The notes beneath the pieces are model-generated. The model saw nothing but the letters and a program-made list of their open reading frames with translations, was not told the origin of the DNA and searched no databases. Positions 1 to 11,748 of a stretch of DNA of 48,802 nucleotides are shown piece after piece (within the stretch, counting starts at the first letter, position 1; every line of letters begins with the position of its first letter). Both the position numbers and the translations under genes were made by a program. The stretch spans positions 6,229,914 through 6,278,715 of the forward strand of contig NC_068999.1 of NCBI RefSeq assembly GCF_001194135.2, written 5' to 3'. The stretch is from Octopus bimaculoides (lineage: Eukaryota).

Positions 1-68
<68 letters not shown>
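1..68. repeat. (GT)n microsatellite
   Basis: Pure GT dinucleotide run from the window start. Confidence 0.98.
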
Positions 69-72
<4 letters not shown>

Positions 73-354
73 TTGTGTTTTTGTGCGTATGTGTGTGCGT
101 AGATGTTCAATTGTATATATATATATTATATATATGTTTATCTATAACCACTTTCAGAAACTCCACACACATATACATACACACGCATACACGTACACAC
201 ACCTTAGAAACACAGACACCGACACACACACATATATATACATTTATAAACACAAAATATTTATATATATATAAATGTGTATGTGAGTGTATGTGTATGT
301 ATGTATGTATTTCTATATGTATATATGTATATGTATGTCTGTATATGTATGCCT

Positions 355-490
355 TTATATGTGGAAAGAAGCTTGTTTCTTAACCACATGGTGCCATGTT
401 CAGTCCTACTGCGTGGCACCTTGGGTCCACCAAAGCCTTGTGAGTGGATTTGGTAGACGGAAACTGAAAGAAGCCCGTCGTATATATATA

Positions 491-536
<46 letters not shown>

Positions 537-752
537 TATGTCTTTCTGTCTATGGTTGTTCCCCACCATTACCGCTTGACAACTCATGTTGATATGCTTA
601 CGTCCCCATAACCTAGCGGTTCGGCCAAAGACACCAATAGAATAAGGATCAGGCTTAAACAATAAGTACTAAGATAGATTCATTTGACTAAAAAATTGAA
701 GTGGGTGCCCCAGCATGGCCGCTCTCGAATGAGCTAAACAATGAAAAGATAA
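355..752 (+). mobile_element. SINE family A (tRNA-derived head, internal (TA)n, tail ...CAGCATGGCC...AAACAA..AAAAGA)
   Basis: Matches the copies at 20715 and 33091: GTTCAGTCC B-box-like motif, CCAAAGCCTTGTGAGTGGATTTGGTAGACGGAAACTGAAAGAAGCCCGTCG body, (TA)n at 481-532, shared tail. Has a small internal deletion. Confidence 0.85.
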
Positions 753-983
753 CAGAACGCAATGCATAAAATGTTTTTTTATATGTATATGTATGTGTGT
801 GTGTGAGTGTGCGTATATAAACACACACATACACATACACACATGCATGTATGTATATATTTGCCTGCTCATATATAAATATGCGTATTTTTATTTGATT
901 TTTATCTTTGTATATACGTGAGTATTTGGTTTCGTGTGCGTGTGCTCGTATGTGTATAAATATGCCGTATACAGATAATTATG

Positions 984-1037
984 TATCTATCTATCTATCT
1001 ATCTATCTAGATAGATAGATAGATAGATAGATAGATA
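984..1037. repeat. (TATC)6 abutting (GATA)7, a loopless palindromic microsatellite
   Basis: 984-1008 is the exact reverse complement of 1009-1033, centred on CTAG. Confidence 0.95.
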
Positions 1038-1065
1038 CAATACAATAAAATACAATGTGTGTATA

Positions 1066-1252
1066 CAATAATCTCTCGCCATATCGCGGTTCACCTATCG
1101 TGGTGTTGTTTTGCATTTATAATAAAATAAATATATACGAGTTATAATTTTATTTTTACATACACACTACAGTACTGTTTCTACTTCGCGGATTTTTACC
1201 TATCGCGGGGGGGTCTTGGGACTTAACACCCGCGATATTCGAGGTATTACTG
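1066..1252. mobile_element. MITE, pogo/Tigger-like (Tc1/mariner superfamily), copy 1
   Basis: Imperfect TIRs CAATAATCTCTCGCCATATCGCGG / CCGCGATATTCGAGGTATTACTG, flanked by TA at 1064-1065 and 1253-1254. Homologous copy at 11926-12142. Confidence 0.85.
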
Positions 1253-1302
1253 TAAATATATATGTGTATGTACGTGCGTGTACGTGCGTGTACGTTTGTG
1301 TG

Positions 1303-1494
1303 TGTGTTTGTCCCCTACAACTGCTTGACAACCGGTGTTCGCTTTTCCCCAATAGCGCTTCAGCAAATTGGATCGATAGAATATTTGTAAGCTTAAAAAG
1401 AAAAAAAAGTCCTGGGATCGATTTGCTGGACGAAAATTTGTCGAGGCGGTGCCCCAGCATGGCGATAGTTTGATGTCTGAAACAAATAAAAGAT
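1303..1494 (+). mobile_element. SINE family A, 3' half
   Basis: GCTTGACAACCGGTG...GGCGGTGCCCCAGCATGG...TGAAACAAATAAAAGATA tail after a TG run. Confidence 0.75.
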
Positions 1495-1908
1495 ACGGTG
1501 GCGAGATGTATGTGCACACACACATACACATACACACACACAAACACATGCACACACACTCGCACGCACGCACGCACGCACGCACGCACAAATATATTGT
1601 TGAATAGAATAAGCGAACGTCAACAATGTGTCTGTGTGTCTGTGTGTCTGTGTGTATGTGTGTGAGTGTTTACGTATTTATGAGTTATGTATGCGCTTTA
1701 TTCTAAAGTAATGTACACGTATGTTTGACCCGATATAGGTTTCCGTAATTTCGTTTCCAGCGGCCATCTTCGTCTTCCCCCCACACCAGTCCACAACCCT
1801 ACTTTTGTCGACAACTTCCTCCTTCTCCTCCTCCACCTCCATTTCGAAAATTCTCCCCTCTCTTCTTTTGCAGACATTCTCCTTCAATATACACAGAGAC
1901 ATACATAA

Positions 1909-1968
<60 letters not shown>

Positions 1969-2356
1969 GAGCATGCAATCAGATGTACGTTTGTAGGCGA
2001 ACGAAAAGCTATGCTTTTTCTCATATATGCGGATACGTAATATATACAACAGCGTATTTGCGTATATTTGTGTAGATTCATATGTGCCTATGTGTGTATG
2101 CGCATGTGCGTGTTTGCTTGCTTGAGAGAGCGTGTCTGCACGAGGAAGTGTGCAAACGTGCGTGTGTAGCAACATCTTTGAGGTGAGTTTATAATGGAGG
2201 CATGCAAACAAGCACAAAGTTACAAGAAGTTGTACTTGATGACGTGTTGCGTTACGATTGGCCGAAATAAGTTAAGTGACTTATTAGTGACATCAACTTT
2301 GACCGTCTTGTCGGTTGCAGCCCACACTACCGCTTTTACACGCTTGCCTCCATTCG

Positions 2357-2423
2357 TCTTCTTCATCTTCTTCTTCTTCATCTTCTTCTCCCTCTACTAC
2401 TACTACTACTACTACTACTACTA

Positions 2424-2488
<65 letters not shown>

Positions 2489-2584
2489 AATTTCTATGTT
2501 TCTTTACGTTTTCTTTATCATTCGTATGTTTCATCACTATTTCCTTAGTTCCACCTATGAATAATAACAACAGCAACATCAATG

Positions 2585-2618
<34 letters not shown>

Positions 2619-2661
2619 AAACAATAGTATTGATCAATATTTGTACCCCAGCGTCACTTTG

Positions 2662-2733
<72 letters not shown>

Positions 2734-2923
2734 CAGCAACAACAATAACAACAATAATGATAATAATTATAATAATAATTATAATAATAATGATACTAAT
2801 CACCTAAGGTTTTACTAACAGATCGAAAACAGTACAGAACAATATTACTATTATTAGTAGTAATCACACTACTACCACTACTACTACCACCAATACTACC
2901 ACCACAACCACCACCACCACTTC

Positions 2924-2979
<56 letters not shown>

Positions 2980-3869
2980 ATAAGACGAAAGAAGGGAAAT
3001 AGAGGAGAAGGGAAAAACGAGTGAAGAAGAAGGGAAAGAAGAAGGAGAACGAGAAGGAGGAGAAGAAGAGGAGAAGAAGAGGAGAAGATGAGGAAGAAAA
3101 AATGGAATAGTTTCTGCGATTGCTGTAAGACAAAGAATCAGACAATAATTGTAATTCTATTATTTGGTGATTTATGTATATTTTATCGAACCCGGAATGT
3201 TGAAAGGAAAGTTTATCAGCACCACCACCACCACCACCACCACCACCACCACCACCAGCCATCGTCATCACCATCATCACCATCATCACCATCACTACCA
3301 CCAGCCATCGTCGTCATCATCATCATCATCATCATCACCACCACCACCACCCCTATCATCACCACTACAACCATCGCCCTCGTCGTCGTCATCATCATCG
3401 ACAATATCATCATCATTAGTATCATCATTATTATTATAATCGCAATTATCAGCATTACTTTCATCTTCATCCACCTCCTGCTCGTCTTCTTCATCATCAT
3501 AACCATCATCATCATAACCATCATCATCGTCATCATCATCATCGTCATCACAATCATCACTACCACTACCGTCACTTTTTTTTTCATCATTATCAACCAC
3601 TTCATCATCATCATCATCATCATCATCGTCATCATCCCTCACCTGCTCTTCTATCCTACTCCTCCTCCCCCTCCTCATCATCCTCCGACTGCGACTGCCG
3701 CCCCCTCCCCCTCATCTCTTCCATTCTCATTTAAAATCTCCCGTCGTCATTTTATCTTTCATCTCCGTCATTCAGATTACTTTTTCAATGCTCTCTCCAT
3801 AAACTTATTTCTAATTCAGTGCTTAATCGCTGCTGCTGCTGCTACTACTAATACCACCACTACTACTAC

Positions 3870-3930
<61 letters not shown>
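2357..3930. repeat. Compound trinucleotide microsatellite block (TTC, TAC, AAT, AAC, CAC, AGT, GAA, CAT, CCT)
   Basis: Consecutive triplet arrays. They explain the homopolymeric ORFs in all six frames. Confidence 0.97.
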
Positions 3931-3931
<1 letters not shown>

Positions 3932-4244
3932 GCGATAAGGAAGAAAGAAAAGTCGATAGGCATGACAGGTTAGCTTGGGAAGTAAAGCAGTTGTGGTCGA
4001 TGATAAAGTTGGTAGCGGTACCAATAATTGTCGGAGCCCTGGGAACAGTGAGTAAAAATCTCGAGAAGTACATGGAACAAATAGGGGCTACAATAAGGGT
4101 GGAGCACCTGCAGTAAACAGCACTGCCAGGAACCGCTCGAATACTCCGGAAGGTGCTCGAAAGACAAAGGGTGTTACCTTAGTTCACTGGTAGTGAACAG
4201 CTGACACCGTAGTACATCACCAGCGTTAGAAACTGTGCAAAGAC
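3931..4244 (+). mobile_element. 5'-truncated R4/Dong-like RLE non-LTR retrotransposon (ORF C-terminus plus 3'UTR)
   Basis: Translates SDKEERKVDRHDRLAWEVKQLWSMIKLVAVPIIVGALGTVSKNLEKYMEQIGATIRVEHLQ*TALPGTARILRKVLE, the K-E-x-E-K...L-x-x-E-x-x-x-L-W...P-I-I-V-G-A-L-G...GTARILRKVL tail typical of R4-clade proteins. Flanked by (AAT)n on both sides (3874-3930 and 4245-4305). Confidence 0.85.
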
Positions 4245-4294
<50 letters not shown>

Positions 4295-4305
4295 TAATAA
4301 TAATA

Positions 4306-4522
4306 AAATATTCAGACAAATACATAACAAAAACACCAGGACTTACAAATATATATAACATACAGAAAATTGCACTACTGGGTACTGCACACATTCTACG
4401 CAAAACACTTTCAATACAGTAAACATAAGAGAACCACAGCAAACCACAGCACATACCCAAGGCGCACAGAGCTGCGCTCGGTAGTGAAGTGAAAGCACGT
4501 TATAAAAATAAAACTACTGAAC
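4306..4522 (+). mobile_element. Second, distinct R4/Dong-like 3' end
   Basis: KYSDKYITKTPGLTNIYNIQKIALLGTAHILRKTLSIQ* (stop 4420-4422), then a 3'UTR unrelated to the preceding element, then (AAT)6. Confidence 0.8.
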
Positions 4523-4551
4523 AATAATAATAATAATAAACNNNNNNNNNN

Positions 4552-4756
4552 CCAGGACTTACAAATATATATAACATACAGAAAATTGCACTACTGGGTA
4601 CTGCACACATTCTACGCAAAACACTTTCAATACAGTAAACATAAGAGAACCACAGCAAACCACAGCACATACCCAAGGCGCACAGAGCTGCGCTCGGTAG
4701 TGAAGTGAAAGCACGTTATAAAAATAAAACTACTGAACAATAATAATAATAATAAA
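4552..4756 (+). other. Identical duplicate of 4337-4541 across a 10-N gap (probable contig-overlap artefact)
   Basis: Identical by eye, including the (AAT)6 tail and the following AAAC. Confidence 0.75.
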
Positions 4757-4860
4757 CTATTTCGTATGTGTATTTGGTGTGCAAGATTCTTGATGTGAAT
4801 ACGTGTGTTGAAAGAAATACTATTAAACCTCTATTACCGGCATAATGCCTCTCCCAAGGT

Positions 4861-4919
<59 letters not shown>

Positions 4920-5229
4920 ACTACTACTGCTACTGTAGCGGCTCCGATGCGTTTAATTGTAGCCTTACACACACTAACACACACACACACACACAAACAT
5001 ACACATACGTATGTATTTATGTATATAATAGGGGAAAGACAGAGAGATATAGGAAGAAGAAAGAGGAAGAGTGAGAGGTAGTCAGAGAAAGAAAGAGAGA
5101 CAGAAAGAAAGAGAGAAAGAGAGAGAGAGAAGAATGGTGAGTGAGAACAAGACTGATTGTTGCATGTATATTAGGTATAAATTCCTATCCAAGTCTGTTT
5201 GCATTTGCGAATATATACAAACACTCACA

Positions 5230-5281
<52 letters not shown>

Positions 5282-5544
5282 CGTGTATGTGTATAAACAT
5301 TTGTTTGTACGTATGTACGCACGCGCATGTATACGTATATATATACGTTTAGATACGAATATATTCGTTTATGTGTATGTGTGTGCGTATATATGTGTGT
5401 ATGTCTGAGAGTGTTTATGTATATAATATATAGAGTTCTTTAACGTGTGCGTATATGCATGTATGTATGAATAGGCAGGCATAGACAGACGTAGACAGAT
5501 CGAAACCGCCAATATTACGTAGCAGGGTTGGACGTAGCATTACT

Positions 5545-5754
5545 TGCAAGTTTTGGCGTAAAGCCAGCAGGTTTGGAAGAAGGTTGAATCGGTCACATCG
5601 TCTCCAGTGCTTAACTGATGCATGTTTCATCGAACCCGACAGGACGAAAGGCAAAGTCAACCTCGGCGGAATTTGAACTCAGAACGTAAAGACGGACGAA
5701 ATACCACTAAGCATTTTGACCGGCGTGATAACAATTCTGCCAGCTCATCGCCTT
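5545..5754 (-). mobile_element. SINE family B (tRNA-derived; A box TGGCAGAAT, B box GAGTTCAAATTCC)
   Basis: Reverse complement of the family B pattern GGCG..GAGCTGGCAGAA...TTCTGAGTTCAAATTCCGCCGAGGTTGACTTTGCCTTTC... Confidence 0.85.
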
Positions 5755-6789
5755 GGTAGCATTAATAACTAGCAACTTTAATCAATAATTTCGCCACTTT
5801 TAGACTTATACTGGACATTCCGTTACATTCAGTGGTCTTCCTATATAACCATAGCCATATATTATTACTTACATACCATATGTGTTTTATTTTAGCTTTT
5901 TATTATCCAATATAATTTTACTGTTCCGTCAACTTAATTAATCCCCATTCTCATTGGCACAGTTTTCACACATTACCGATTTCTTCTCGTGTATGGCCCA
6001 TTAGCTATTATTACACAGAATATATCTAGCTTTTACGTACAGTTGCTGGTCCACTTGAGTCGTTAATTTCCTGTGCATAAGGTTAGTCGTATGTTTTCTC
6101 TAAGCTGTTTCCTAATGTTGAGGAGAATCTCAAGTAGAAAATATAATTTTAAATCACCAATAAACAGCAGAAGGTCTATTATATATGAGTCCAGTCCACA
6201 TTTTCTTACATTCTTGCTAATGGCTTTATCAAAGAGAGAAAGGACAGCGTCCGTAGTGGTTTTTCTATTTTCGTCCCCGGGACAGGTCATTGATGGGACA
6301 AAGTTAAACTTATGTTGAGATCGGAAAATAGAAACGATTTTAACACAGTAGACTCTACGAAACACAATCCCGAACCCAAGTTTGTGATATTAAAACTGAC
6401 AACAAATTATACATGTCACACATGAACAGGTGCAGTCCATCCACAATCATTTCTTGTTTGAAATTACCATCGAAAGGCTTTCGTCAACAGTTCTTTATTG
6501 ATTTATTGTTTTGTTTGTTAGACAACCTAATCACATGCACAGAAGAAAATGAAGATATTAGCACGATTACTGACACAAGCACACACACACACACACGCAC
6601 ACACATATCCAGGTCCTCAACTGACTATGTCTACCGGTTCTTGGTGCTGCAGGGCTTTTTCTCCTGCAAGTACTTGGTACTTTTAAAGGGAGTGTCAGTC
6701 TGCACAATATGATCCCACTCATAAGACTTGGTTGCCTGACAACAGTGACGCAGCGAGGTAAGATGGCTGCTGTGACTTCCAAGCCTTGA

Positions 6790-7040
6790 TTTTACACTGG
6801 AATGACCTTCTCCTGGGTGAAATGCCTTACAGGGGGTAGAGAGCTCCGCCTGCCCTGCTGAAGCTGGAAGAAGGTCTGATTTTACTGTTTGGAAACTAAG
6901 CACGAGCTTGAAAATAAACCAAACCACCAAAGGGCCTGATAAAGTTTGAAAAGCTGGAAAATGGATTCCACATGGTCTCTATGCAGACAATCGTAAACAA
7001 TGCGTCGATGCTGTGCATCATTGCGACCACGTGACTGCAT
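6790..7040 (+). mobile_element. Degenerate mariner transposase fragment (HTH-linker region)
   Basis: TVWKLSTSLKINQTT...KAGKWIPHGL (6950-6979) resembles mariner TVRELA...KLGKWVPHEL, followed after a frameshift by VDACASL. Multiple stops, no TIR found. Confidence 0.5.
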
Positions 7041-7101
7041 ATGCTTTTTTTTAATTAATAGAGTCATTAATGGAGATGAGTAATTGATACATATATATAT
7101 A

Positions 7102-7138
<37 letters not shown>

Positions 7139-7519
7139 NNNNNNNNNNNNNNNNNNNNNNNNNNNNNNNNNNNNNNNNNNNNNNNNNNNNNNNNNNNNNN
7201 NNNNNNNNNNNNNNNNNNNNNNNNNNNNNNNNNNNNNNNNNNNNNNNNNNNNNNNNNNNNNNNNNNNNNNNNNNNNNNNNNNNNNNNNNNNNNNNNNNNN
7301 NNNNNNNNNAGTGCCGGGAATAGCTGGAGCTTACTGGATTTCGAAGCCATGTTAGATATTTGGCCTTACCATTTGTACATTATTTCCCTAATAAATGTGT
7401 TATACCTTGCTACATACACCGACATACACAATCCCTCTCTCACTTTCCCCTCCCTCTCTATCTATCTCTCCCCTTCCTTCTTTCACCACACTCTTTCTTT
7501 CTCTCTCTCTCTCTCTCTT

Positions 7520-7551
<32 letters not shown>

Positions 7552-8507
7552 CATACACGCAGTTTCTCTCAAAAACATTTGAACGATACGTCTACTAGAG
7601 TCGAATATATTATATAATATATCAGTATGCAATTGTATTTAACTCTACCCACATTATTCTTAGTGCCAGGAATGGGGAAAACAAATTAACCTCAAATTAA
7701 CCTCGATATTCATTCCTGTAACTTAAAGAACTTCAGAGGCTGCTGTCGGTTTGCATCACTTGATAACGGTCGTCGCCTACCATGGCTAATAACATTATTC
7801 AGAACAAAAAGAGAAAGAAAAATAGTTTATGATATTAGCTAATATTATTACGTTATATCTTTGGTTTCGTAATTCCTCCTCCGAACCTACTTTTTTTTCC
7901 AGCCTCCCAGGCTTTAATTAGCAGACAGAGATATATCTCCTCGGACCTTACCGGCTCTGTGGCAACCATCTTTTCGTGAAGGATGCGATAATTACGTTTG
8001 ATAGGGAATGCCAAAGAGCCATTGCTATATTCCAGAACAATATCATTGTTTTGCATATAATGATANNNNNNNNNNNNNNNNNNNNNNNNNNNNNNNNNNN
8101 NNNNNNNNNNNNNNNNNNNNNNNNNNNNNNNNNNNNNNNNNNNNNNNNNNNNNNNNNNNNNNNNNNNNNNNNNNNNNNNNNNNNNNNNNNNNNNNNNNNN
8201 NNNNNNNNNNNNNNNNNNNNNNNNNNNNNNNNNNNNNNNNNNNNNNNNNNNNNNNNNNNNNNNNNNNNNNNNNNNNNNNNNNNNNNNNNNNNNNNNNNNN
8301 NNNNNNNNNNNNNNNNNNNNNNNNNNNNNNNNNNNNNNNNNNNNNNNNNNNNNNNNNNNNNNNNNNNNNNNNNNNNNNNNNNNNNNNNNNNNNNNNNNNN
8401 NNNNNNNNNNNNNNNNNNNNNNNNNNNNNNNNNNNNNNNNNNNNNNNNNNNNNNNNNNNNNNNNNNNNNNNNNNNNNNNNNNNNNNNNNNNNNNNNNNNN
8501 NNNNNNN

Positions 8508-8990
8508 CTCAAATACCAGAGGTAGAGTAATATGCTTTATTTAAAAGCAGCAGAAATATAACAAAAAACTGTTACTCGGAGTTTCACGTTCCCGTTCATC
8601 GGACACGAGACGGGAGGAGAAAATGAGTTAATGAACAGAGGAGGGTGCAGTCTGTTGGTAAGTTGTGGGGGAGGGGGGCAAAGAGCAATGGAGGGAGGTG
8701 CATTTAAGTTGACGAAGAGCTTCAGCCTTGTAAAGTTCTGAGCACCGCATCACTAGTCACTACAGTCCCAACTTTGTCGGCCGGTTTGATGACGATATCC
8801 TTGCGGCGTCGGAGACATCGATGGGCCGAGGGCTCGAACGGGGAGATGTTGAAATGTTGGGGACGCCCGCAAAAGTTAAACCGGTCCACAACAACTGCTT
8901 GGAATTGGGCAGGAGCAGGCGTCCATTCTATCCAAATTTTAAAAGAACTAAAGAAGTTTTTCATTTAAACTGAATTTAAAGTAATACCAT
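8508..8990 (-). mobile_element. Internally deleted Penelope-like element: N-terminal RT-flanking fragment joined to the terminal repeat
   Basis: WTPAP...NISPFE...LRRRKDIVIKPADKVGTVV (IVIKPADK at 8773-8796) and frameshifted LYKAEALRQL (8704-8735) match the PLE IVIKPADKG...LY..EA.RQL region. Then a pyrimidine-rich segment, a hammerhead and AATAAA (8536-8541). Confidence 0.85.
8570..8605 (-). ncRNA. Minimal type I hammerhead ribozyme candidate (CCGAUGA core variant)
   Basis: Minus strand reads UGU-CCGAUGA-ACG[GGAA]CGU-GAA-ACUC(C)GAGU-A/ACA: 3-bp stem I, 3-bp stem II, near-palindromic stem III, GUA triplet. Lies in a PLE terminal repeat, where such ribozymes are known to occur. Confidence 0.7.
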
Positions 8991-10271
8991 ATTGGTAGGG
9001 CACCAATAAGTGCTTTATTAGTATCGCTCTCTTCAGACTTGGGCTGGAAACCCAATTAGCTCTCCACAGGAGCTATCTGAAAGGCTTTTAAGCTTGAATG
9101 TGTGCGTGTGCATGCGTGCGCGTGCGTGTGTATGTGTAGGTGTATGTGTGTGTGTACGTGTGTGTGCGTGTATGTGTGTGGGTTTGTACACAATTTCTTC
9201 TAGTACTTACTAAGAGCTGCGTGGAATTAGTCGATCATAACTACAGTTATTAGCTTTGAATACATTAAGCTGTGATGATAGGGTTAGAGTCATCGCCTTT
9301 CTGCTTTCTCATCTTAACGAGAAATTTCTGCGAAGGTGGAACGTGGGACGCCAAATCGATTACGGACTGTACTACACTACCAGCACATTGTCCTACATTC
9401 GGTTTTAAGAAGGCAAAATGCGTTCTTTTGATATTTAAGTGTGGTTTATTCTTCTGTTTGTGATGGTCGGAGGCATGATAGAGGGCAGGATTGAACTATT
9501 GTGTGGTAACGGAAAGAAAAGCGAGAATGAAAATCGATACTAATTCAAAAAGGCAATTACCCTTATACTCAATTAGCAGAACCAATAGTGACCCCGAAGC
9601 TATGCTAGAGTCAAGTTTCTATGCTTTCACCACTGATGAAGACGCTAATGTCAAGTCTCTTCGCATACAACTGCCCTGTTGACATATCTATCATTTGGTT
9701 AACATAACTCTCAGAATCTCAAAACACCGCGAAGTAAATTCTTCTTTCGGTTTGTATAGTTCTGATACCGAGGCACGAGGACTAGAAGTTAGGTTGTTGG
9801 GCTCACGATCGCATAGAAGGCTAGTTTTTCTATACCTGTATTACGCATGAGCTAGCTTTCTTTACCTGTATTAGTTTGTAAAATGTATAATAGTACTATA
9901 TAATTTAAAACATATGCACATNNNNNNNNNNNNNNNNNNNNNNNNNNNNNNNNNNNNNNNNNNNNNNNNNNNNNNNNNNNNNNNNNNNNNNNNNNNNNNN
10001 NNNNNNNNNNNNNNNNNNNNNNNNNNNNNNNNNNNNNNNNNNNNNNNNNNNNNNNNNNNNNNNNNNNNNNNNNNNNNNNNNNNNNNNNNNNNNNNNNNNN
10101 NNNNNNNNNNNNNNNNNNNNNNNNNNNNNNNNNNNNNNNNNNNNNNNNNNNNNNNNNNNNNNNNNNNNNNNNNNNNNNNNNNNNNNNNNNNNNNNNNNNN
10201 NNNNNNNNNNNNNNNNNNNNNNNNNNNNNNNNNNNNNNNNNNNNNNNNNNNNNNNNNNNNNNNNNNNNNNN

Positions 10272-10316
<45 letters not shown>

Positions 10317-10958
10317 GTATGTATATTTATATATATATATAGGTATATATGCATGTGTATATTCATATAAATAGACAGAGTGATTGACAAAGTGTGTGCG
10401 TGTGTCTGTATGTGTGTGAGTAACCTTTTAAACAGAAATATGCATTGGCATATATTTCTATTGAAAATGTAAGCAAGGTGTTAGATATACACAGACATTC
10501 GTGCGCGCAGGTATGCATTTGTATGTAATCCATGTATATATGTATATATGTATGTATGTATGTATGTATCAATCTCTCTATTCGTGTGTATGTATACGTC
10601 AATGTATATATGTATGTAAGCATCCATGTATCTATCAATCAACGAATACTAACAAAATAATATAGCTGCGAACAAAGAAATCGAATATGAAATAACACAA
10701 CAGAATGTATCGATAAAAGGAATCTTTAACGCAGATCCATACTGTAAGCCATAGAAAGCGGTAGTGACAGCGAGATCAGTTTATTTATTAAGTACTGGCA
10801 CGCTATTATAATATAGCTAGTTGTAGGTAATATTCAGTGTTCAGTTCAGACATGACAGTCTTTTTTTTCTATCTGGCTCTCTGTCTGCCTGTCTAACTGT
10901 CTGTCTGTCTGTCTACCTATGTTTCTCTCTTTATCCCTTTATATGCATATACACACAC

Positions 10959-10989
<31 letters not shown>

Positions 10990-10991
10990 GA

Positions 10992-11185
10992 TTGACCGTT
11001 GACTGGACACTATTCAATTTTTTTTCTCCGTGTTTTTCTCCTTGTCTCCGTATTCTTTCTGTTGAAGAGCGTAGCACGAAACGTCAAAGACTTTCCGTAT
11101 TCCCGAGCGTCATACTAATACATCCTTTTGTTATTTACACCACCTGTCCTCGTCTGTTGTTGTTTTTTCGTATATTCTCCCATAT
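10992..11185 (+). mobile_element. Short hammerhead-bearing repeat (PLE terminal-repeat-like) embedded in (TA)n
   Basis: Homologous to 30786-30925 and, inverted, to 31471-31557. Preceded by (TA)n and runs into a gap. Confidence 0.65.
11054..11090 (+). ncRNA. Minimal type I hammerhead ribozyme candidate (CUGUUGA core variant)
   Basis: UCUUU-CUGUUGA-A-GAGC[GUA]GCAC-GAA-ACGU-C/AAAGA: 5-bp stem I, stem II with one mismatch (the homologue at 30809-30820 has perfect GAGC/GCUC), palindromic ACGU stem III, GUC triplet. Confidence 0.6.
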
Positions 11186-11655
11186 NNNNNNNNNNNNNNN
11201 NNNNNNNNNNNNNNNNNNNNNNNNNNNNNNNNNNNNNNNNNNNNNNNNNNNNNNNNNNNNNNNNNNNNNNNNNNNNNNNNNNNNNNNNNNNNNNNNNNNN
11301 NNNNNNNNNNNNNNNNNNNNNNNNNNNNNNNNNNNNNNNNNNNNNNNNNNNNNNNNNNNNNNNNNNNNNNNNNNNNNNNNNNNNNNNNNNNNNNNNNNNN
11401 NNNNNNNNNNNNNNNNNNNNNNNNNNNNNNNNNNNNNNNNNNNNNNNNNNNNNNNNNNNNNNNNNNNNNNNNNNNNNNNNNNNNNNNNNNNNNNNNNNNN
11501 NNNNNNNNNNNNNNNNNNNNNNNNNNNNNNNNNNNNNNNNNNNNNNNNNNNNNNNNNNNNNNNNNNNNNNNNNNNNNNNNNNNNNNNNNNNNNNNNNNNN
11601 NNNNNNNNNNNNNNNNNNNNNNNNNNNNNNNNNNNNNNNNNNNNNNNNNNNNNNN

Positions 11656-11746
<91 letters not shown>

Positions 11747-11748
<2 letters not shown>

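Noticed and set aside
3088-4116. 342-aa ORF, the longest gap-free ORF
   Set aside because: Read-through of triplet microsatellites (poly-H/I/N/T). Only the last ~60 codons are meaningful, and they belong to the R4/Dong-like fragment.
4552-4756. Apparent third tandem Dong-like insertion
   Set aside because: Identical to 4337-4541, including the post-tail AAAC, and separated by a 10-N placeholder gap. A contig-end overlap is more parsimonious.
5830-6400. Minus-strand TTTDAVLSLFDKAISK..KCGLDSYII, reminiscent of a LINE RT
   Set aside because: No second diagnostic motif (QG, YADD) found by eye. Could be a very old LINE; needs tBLASTn.
7853-8065. 71-codon open stretch on the minus strand (MQNNDIVLEYSNGSLAFPIKR...) as a possible exon
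   Set aside because: No recognisable domain or convincing splice sites, and it abuts a gap.
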